Below, piece by piece: positions 24,994 through 29,904 of a DNA stretch of 29,904 nt (within the stretch, counting starts at the first letter, position 1; each line of letters opens with the position of its first letter). Origin of the DNA: Planctomycetota bacterium (GTDB lineage Bacteria; Planctomycetota; SKW154); the NCBI GenBank assembly GCA_026418755.1, contig JAOAAR010000001.1, forward strand, positions 1-29,904, given 5' to 3'. Both the position numbers and the translations under genes were made by a program. The notes under the pieces were generated by a model, which ran no database searches, was not told the DNA's origin, and saw only the letters and a list, made by a program, of their open reading frames with translations.

Positions 24994-26142
24994 TCATACG
25001 ACGCTCTTCTCCCGGATGAATTCGCCTTTCTTGAACCGCTCAATCGAGTACTCTTCTATCGAAAGCGTTTTCGGTCTGCCAAAAACGAAGAGTTCAGCCA
25101 TGATCTTCCCAACAGCAGGCGAAATCATAAACCCGTGTCCCGACCATCCTGTAGCGCAGAAGAAGTTCTCATATTCGTTGACGCGACCAAGAATTGGCTG
25201 CGCATCAGGCGTAACAGCGTAAAGCCCCGCCCACTGCCGCAGAACATTCACCTTCCTAAGACATGGATAATGGTAAAGGAGTTTTCTCGAAATCTCGACT
25301 ACGAACCTCCAACTGTTCATCATATTAAAAGAGGGCTTCTCATCCTCATCTGTCTGCCCTGTGATAAACCCCCCTTCCTCAGACTGCGAAAAATATATGT
25401 TATGGTAAAGGTCAATCACCATCGGTCTATGAATTATCTCAAGCGGCTCCGTGACGAGAATCTGATGCCTGTACGGCGTAACGGGAATCTCCGTACCCAA
25501 CAGTTTCGTGACTTCTCCTGCCCAAGCGCCCGCGGCGTTTAAGACAAGAGAACAGTCTATTTCCGTGCCGTCATCTAAAATAGCGGTTTGAACTCTACTT
25601 CCGCTTGTCCTGAAACCAACCACCGAACGGCGAAGAAGAAACCTGGCTCCTTTTCGTCTCGCAGCATTCGCATAGCCGTCAGTAACGAGAAAGGGGTTAG
25701 CAACCCCGTCCGTAGGGCAGAAAGTCGCCGCTAAAATCTCGCTCCTGTTCATAAGAGGAACAATCTCCGCAACCTCTTCAGGGCTAATAAGACGAGAAGG
25801 AACACCGTGTTTGTTCTGAAGAGACACATTCTGCTTGAACTGCTCGACCATCTCCTGAGTGTAGGCAGGCAGTAAATAGCCGCCCTGACGGAACTGAATC
25901 TCCGCCCCCGTAATCTCCTTAAAATTCTCAAACTCTTTTATAGAGTGTTGAGCAAGTTTGATGTTCCCTTCAGTTGACCATTGCGCACGGATTCCGCCTC
26001 CACATCTGCCTGTCGCACCCGACGCCAAAAAATCGCGCTCCACAACCAACACATCCGTCCTGCCAAACTGCGTCAAATGGAAAGCAACAGAACAACCCAC
26101 CACCCCGCCACCTATAATGAGAATATCACAAGATTCCCTCAC
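24994..26142 (-). CDS. FAD-dependent oxidoreductase of the DAO family (sarcosine oxidase beta / proline dehydrogenase beta-like)
   Basis: IIGGGVVG, GATGRCGGGIRAQW, QWAGLYAVTPDAQPILG, GWSGHGFMISPAVG. GGAGG 6 nt before GTG. Confidence 0.9.
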   Translation of the reverse strand: MRESCDILIIGGGVVGCSVAFHLTQFGRTDVLVVERDFLASGATGRCGGGIRAQWSTEGNIKLAQHSIKEFENFKEITGAEIQFRQGGYLLPAYTQEMVEQFKQNVSLQNKHGVPSRLISPEEVAEIVPLMNRSEILAATFCPTDGVANPFLVTDGYANAARRKGARFLLRRSVVGFRTSGSRVQTAILDDGTEIDCSLVLNAAGAWAGEVTKLLGTEIPVTPYRHQILVTEPLEIIHRPMVIDLYHNIYFSQSEEGGFITGQTDEDEKPSFNMMNSWRFVVEISRKLLYHYPCLRKVNVLRQWAGLYAVTPDAQPILGRVNEYENFFCATGWSGHGFMISPAVGKIMAELFVFGRPKTLSIEEYSIERFKKGEFIREKSVV

Positions 26143-26295
26143 ATCATCCCTCCGTATCCATCAAACTATATTATCCGAGATACACCATTAACAAGCAAGC
26201 CTTATAAGGACTGTTAACTCTTAACCGGTAAATGAACAGTACACACCTACTCTCTAAAATTATACCCTTTGAGATACAACTCCCCGTAAGAGATG

Positions 26296-26316
26296 TGAAA
26301 AGCGGTCACCTTTTCA
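26296..26316 (-). terminator. Weak hairpin after the QW-barrel gene
   Basis: TGAAAAG-7 nt-CTTTTCA just downstream of the TAG stop. The stem is AT-rich. Confidence 0.3.
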
Positions 26317-26318
26317 GA

Positions 26319-27824
26319 CTATTTGGGCTTCTCAGAAGGCTCCTTGGCAGGTCCTAACACCCCTTTACCCGTATAAATGTCTTCGGGCAGTTTGACAATA
26401 GGGGCGGTCGCACGCTTCAAAAAGAGTATGGCAAAACAAGTGTTGACCGTCTCGTCCAACGCCGCTGCGTTAATGATGAGTTGCCCCACCTGCCGCTGTT
26501 GACCCTCCTCACCTGGCCACGAGCCATCAGCGCGCTGTGCACCCAACAAAAATTCAGCACCTTCCTTATACCAGTTGTGCGTCCCAAACTCATAGACAAG
26601 CGAAAGAATTCCAGCGCGTTCGAGCCCATAAAGATAGTAGTAGTGCCAATCAGGACAGTTGGGGTTCTTGTTGACAGCAAAATTGTGAGCAAGCCAAGCA
26701 CAGCCATCCCGAATCGCTTCATTAACCGCTTTCTTAAGGTCACCTGAGAGCCCACTTAGATTCGCCTTACAGATAGCAAGTGCAGCAACTCCACTGCAAG
26801 TCATACTGCCGACCGCCTTGCAGAAAATATCGTCTTTGGGAATCTCTGGCTGATTCTGCGGCAGGACATAACCCCAACCGCGCGCCCTCATATCCTTCAA
26901 CTCCCCTCCAAACTTCCGATAAGGACTTTCATCTATAGTCACACCTTCCGTCCGAACCTTTCTCAACAGTTCACTCACATCCTTCTCTTCTCCCTTTTCC
27001 ACCGCCTCTATGAACTTTCCTCGCATCCTTTCAAGAATCTGCCTCTCAAGTTGCTTCAACTCTTTCACATCAAAATCAGCAATCGGAACCGGAAACCCCT
27101 TGACTTTTGGTCCGTCTTGTTCCTGCGCAACAAGGAAATACTGGACTATTTTGAAAAAAACAGCATCCGGAACGGTCAAACCGCAGCGAGAAGCAGCGTG
27201 AAGCGCAAGCAGCGCATACTGTGAGTTAGATGCGTCAACTCGCGCGTTCGGCCCCACCTGATATTGCCCCCCATAACTCCAGACATCCTTTTGTTGCTGA
27301 AGAAGCCATTCCAGCGCCCGCTTCATCCAGTCCTTATATACATCAGGCAACTTCCCAAAATCTCTTTTCTGCTTCTCCTCAGGAGGAATAAAAACCTGCG
27401 TCCTTTTAGCCTTTATCTCCTTCTCTATCTCCTTCTCCGTAAGCACATCATCCGATTCCGCCAAAGCGGCGAGCGCAAGAATGAGGCAAGAGACCGAATA
27501 TGTCGAGCGAAATTGCTGCTTGTAAAGATAGTCGAGCGCCTTTTTGACAGCCTCGGAAGTCTTCGGCTCACCTCCTTTCAAAAGCGCAAGAAGACACAAA
27601 GCCGTTGCACCTTCTGGGAACCCCGTCGCACGCTTCGTCACAGGCCACGAACCGTCCGCATTCTGCTTGCTCTTTAAAAATTCTATGCCTTTCTGAACCG
27701 CCGCCTTTACACGCGCCTGGTCAACTCCCGCGACCTGCCCTGCCGCCTGCTCCCGCTCCTTGTCCTGCGCAAAAACAAAAACAGCACCGCATAGAAGAAC
27801 CAAGATTGCGATAAACACTCTCAT
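26319..27824 (-). CDS. Secreted prenyltransferase/squalene-cyclase-repeat (alpha-alpha barrel) protein
   Basis: Signal peptide ending VFA-QD, QW motifs QNADGSW and QRADGSW, DASNSQYALLAL, HYYYLYGLERAG, TCFAILFL. Confidence 0.8.
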   Translation of the reverse strand: MRVFIAILVLLCGAVFVFAQDKEREQAAGQVAGVDQARVKAAVQKGIEFLKSKQNADGSWPVTKRATGFPEGATALCLLALLKGGEPKTSEAVKKALDYLYKQQFRSTYSVSCLILALAALAESDDVLTEKEIEKEIKAKRTQVFIPPEEKQKRDFGKLPDVYKDWMKRALEWLLQQQKDVWSYGGQYQVGPNARVDASNSQYALLALHAASRCGLTVPDAVFFKIVQYFLVAQEQDGPKVKGFPVPIADFDVKELKQLERQILERMRGKFIEAVEKGEEKDVSELLRKVRTEGVTIDESPYRKFGGELKDMRARGWGYVLPQNQPEIPKDDIFCKAVGSMTCSGVAALAICKANLSGLSGDLKKAVNEAIRDGCAWLAHNFAVNKNPNCPDWHYYYLYGLERAGILSLVYEFGTHNWYKEGAEFLLGAQRADGSWPGEEGQQRQVGQLIINAAALDETVNTCFAILFLKRATAPIVKLPEDIYTGKGVLGPAKEPSEKPK

Positions 27825-27857
27825 CTAAAATCCTCCTCCGACTTTGCTCCTCCTTAT

Positions 27858-27896
27858 ATTATACACTGACACCTGCCCAAAAATTGTAACAATTTT
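27858..27896 (-). promoter_or_regulatory. -10 box plus a 17-bp palindromic operator in the divergent intergenic region
   Basis: TATAAT on the - strand at 27863-27858. AAAATTGT-A-ACAATTTT at 27880-27896. Confidence 0.55.
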
Positions 27897-27996
27897 ATAC
27901 ATCAATCTTCGAAAGTCAGTCTACCAATGTAGCAGAAAATTCTCAAAGAGTCAAACCAGAAGGAGACAACCTAAACACAGTAGATTCTTTCGCTAA

Positions 27997-29106
27997 ATGA
28001 GGTTAAAGAGAGAGTCTAACTTGAAAGGAGGACGACCGCTGGTTAAAATGAAAAAGAGGCTTGTGAGAGGAACAAGTATGGAAACCTTCGAAGGAAAACC
28101 CGTCATTGGCGAGATTCAAGATGTGACTCGATTCATCCTCGTCAGAAAGATAGCAGAAGGTGGAATGGGAACGATTTACGAAGCGCTTCAATTAGGGGCG
28201 GAGGGTTTTCGCAAGACTGTGGCAATCAAGATGATTCGGGCAGAATTCGGAGACGACAAGCAATTCGCCGAGATGTTCATAGGAGAGGCTAAACTGGTAG
28301 CAGATTTAGTCCATCAAAACATCGTCCAAATCTATCAATTGGGAAAAATAGGCAAACAGTATTATATGGCAATGGAGTATATATTTGGAGTAGACCTTGC
28401 AACTTTTATAGAGAGGCACAGAGAATTGAAAAAGCCGATACCTGTTGAAATAGCCACATTCATAATATCCCGTGTCTGCCGTGCGCTTCGTTATGCGCAC
28501 GAAAAGCGCGACAGAAATGGCAACCTCCTAGGAATCGTCCATCGGGATATAAGTCCTGCCAACATAATGTTGGCATACGAAGGAGAAGTGCGAGTAACCG
28601 ATTTTGGAATCGCAAAGGCGCGGAATTTAAAGCATGCACGAGAAGGTGAAGTCTTGATGGGAAAGTTACAATATATGTCACCTGAACAGGCACAGTTTAA
28701 AGAAACAGACGGTCGCTCCGACTTGTTCTCCACAGGCGTAGTTCTATACGAGATGCTGGCTGCTCGCCAACTGTGGCAGCCTTCCAACACGATGAAGATG
28801 CTCCACGACATCTGCTACCAGCCTGTTGAGCCAATCAGAAAATACAGAAGCGATGTTCCTGAGGCTGTCTCGAAAATCATAGAGCGGGCGCTCCAGAAAG
28901 ACCGCGAACTTCGCTATCAGAGAGCTCAAGAGATGCTCTTTGACCTCGAATACTATATGTATCACGACCGTTACGGACCTACGACGAGCACATTAGAGCA
29001 TTATCTTGCGAAGATATTCCCAGACAAGGTCACATATCAGCCGATAGACAAGACTGAAGAGCGAAGAATGCCGCAAATCTTCGGACAGAAGGAGGGCAAA
29101 TTATGA
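27997..29106 (+). CDS. Soluble Hanks-type Ser/Thr protein kinase
   Basis: IAEGGMGTIY, VAIK, HRDISPANIML, DFGIAK, YMSPE, DLFSTGVVLYEML. No TM. The likely start is ATG 28078 (GAGGA 7 nt upstream). Confidence 0.95.
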   Translation: MRLKRESNLKGGRPLVKMKKRLVRGTSMETFEGKPVIGEIQDVTRFILVRKIAEGGMGTIYEALQLGAEGFRKTVAIKMIRAEFGDDKQFAEMFIGEAKLVADLVHQNIVQIYQLGKIGKQYYMAMEYIFGVDLATFIERHRELKKPIPVEIATFIISRVCRALRYAHEKRDRNGNLLGIVHRDISPANIMLAYEGEVRVTDFGIAKARNLKHAREGEVLMGKLQYMSPEQAQFKETDGRSDLFSTGVVLYEMLAARQLWQPSNTMKMLHDICYQPVEPIRKYRSDVPEAVSKIIERALQKDRELRYQRAQEMLFDLEYYMYHDRYGPTTSTLEHYLAKIFPDKVTYQPIDKTEERRMPQIFGQKEGKL

Positions 29107-29904
29107 GGCTTGTTTGCATACTTATAACAACTCTCTTTTTCTCGGTATGGATAGCCGCTCAGCAGAGTGAGGACGACTTACAAACGAACTCCTCCGTTTC
29201 GCTGAACGCATTCTCTGACCCCGAAGGAATCATCGACGAGGTGCGTTCCCGTCTGAAACAGCAAAAATTCAGAGAGGGTATCGAACTTCTCCAGATACTT
29301 TTGGAGAAAACCCTCACCGAAGCATCCTTTGCCGGCAAACTCTACCATAGAAGCGAAAATGTGTATATACCGCTCGACGATTTCTGTGTTCAACTTCTTA
29401 GAGAGATGCCACTCGGAGGATACGACACCTACATCACTTTATACGGAGCCACAGCAGAGAGAAGCCTCGAACAAGCGCTCTCCTCCGGCAACACGGAAGG
29501 AATCGAGACGGTGAGCCGACTTTACCCCTTGACCGAAGCAGGACAAAAAGCGCTTCTGTATCTGGCAGACACCGCCCTTGAATCAGGAGACGGTGCTAAA
29601 GCGCTTTACTACTTGAATCGTAGCATTCAGACAACAGGCAGACGAAGTACACTCACCTCTCTTAAAATGGCAGCAGCGATGTTAATTCAGACACTTAAAG
29701 AGAGTGCAAAAGAGATTCTTCTCTCATTGGATGACAAAACCCTGAGTAAAGAAGAAGCCGCCATCAAAGCGAAACTTCTCGAACAGACTAAAGGATCTAC
29801 TACCACTTCCTCTTCCCGCAAACAAGATATTTATAACTCCTTCTATGACTCATCTTCATCGATTGCGATACCGCAAGATTGGAGAACAGTCCTGTTTCGA
29901 GGCT
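29103..29904 (+). CDS. 5' part of a large secreted protein (TPR-like helical N-terminus, probably leading into a PQQ/BamB-like propeller); runs off the window
   Basis: ATG 29103 (ATGA overlap with the kinase). My translation: MRLVCILITTLFFSVWIAA-QQSEDD...KFREGIELLQILLE...YPLTEAGQKALLYLADTALESGD...QDWRTVLFRG, with no stop to the window end. Confidence 0.75.
   Translation, partial: MRLVCILITTLFFSVWIAAQQSEDDLQTNSSVSLNAFSDPEGIIDEVRSRLKQQKFREGIELLQILLEKTLTEASFAGKLYHRSENVYIPLDDFCVQLLREMPLGGYDTYITLYGATAERSLEQALSSGNTEGIETVSRLYPLTEAGQKALLYLADTALESGDGAKALYYLNRSIQTTGRRSTLTSLKMAAAMLIQTLKESAKEILLSLDDKTLSKEEAAIKAKLLEQTKGSTTTSSSRKQDIYNSFYDSSSSIAIPQDWRTVLFRG

Noticed and set aside
5921-26142. Linking the methyltransferase fusion and the sarcosine-oxidase-like flavoprotein into one methylglycine cycle
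   Set aside because: They are 17 kb apart on opposite strands, and neither substrate can be determined from sequence.
26200-26209. 10-bp palindrome CCTTATAAGG in the intergenic region
   Set aside because: It is short, not tied to a convincing promoter, and expected by chance in 30 kb.
289-29514. The many 60-200 aa ORFs in the track that lie antisense to, or frame-shifted within, the called genes (e.g. 289-768, 1586-2203, 3922-4374, 7806-8246, 23762-24169, 25135-25542, 27264-27677)
   Set aside because: They fully overlap genes with clear family motifs, lack RBSs and recognisable domains, and have shadow-ORF composition.
1-29904. CRISPR arrays, IS/transposase, prophage, rRNA/tRNA, defence systems
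   Set aside because: I found no spaced direct repeats, terminal inverted repeats, integrase, nuclease motifs or RNA-gene folds by reading. Dedicated tools were not run.

Overview
A gene-dense, roughly 47% GC (by eye) stretch of a diderm bacterial chromosome. The protein families present (DUF1570-like metallopeptidase-PDZ, secreted QW-repeat alpha-barrel, TPR/PQQ-type secreted protein, LTxxQ helical protein, soluble Hanks kinase) suggest a Planctomycetota/PVC-like host; this is inference only. In order, it holds: a minimal mlaE-mlaF-mlaD operon whose MlaD is long and ends in a beta-barrel-like domain; panE; a frameshifted secreted beta-propeller gene; a SAM-methyltransferase/ATP-grasp (Ddl-like) fusion; a degenerate GAF-GGDEF plus PilZ pair; rtcA; a seven-gene + strand run (PLP enzyme, nicotinamidase-like hydrolase, CooT, heterodimeric ABC exporter, peptidase-PDZ, class V aminotransferase); a - strand run (QW-barrel protein, FAD oxidoreductase, Zn-finger, lptD, coaD, pncB, SDR epimerase); and a Ser/Thr kinase coupled to a truncated secreted protein. 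I saw no rRNA, tRNA, CRISPR array or mobile element. The best leads are the A-AAA-AAG/A8 frameshift that separates a signal peptide from its beta-propeller, the orphan methyltransferase-ligase fusion with a long and possibly structured leader, the trans-envelope MlaD, a probable ATA start codon for panE, and several catalytically altered proteins.
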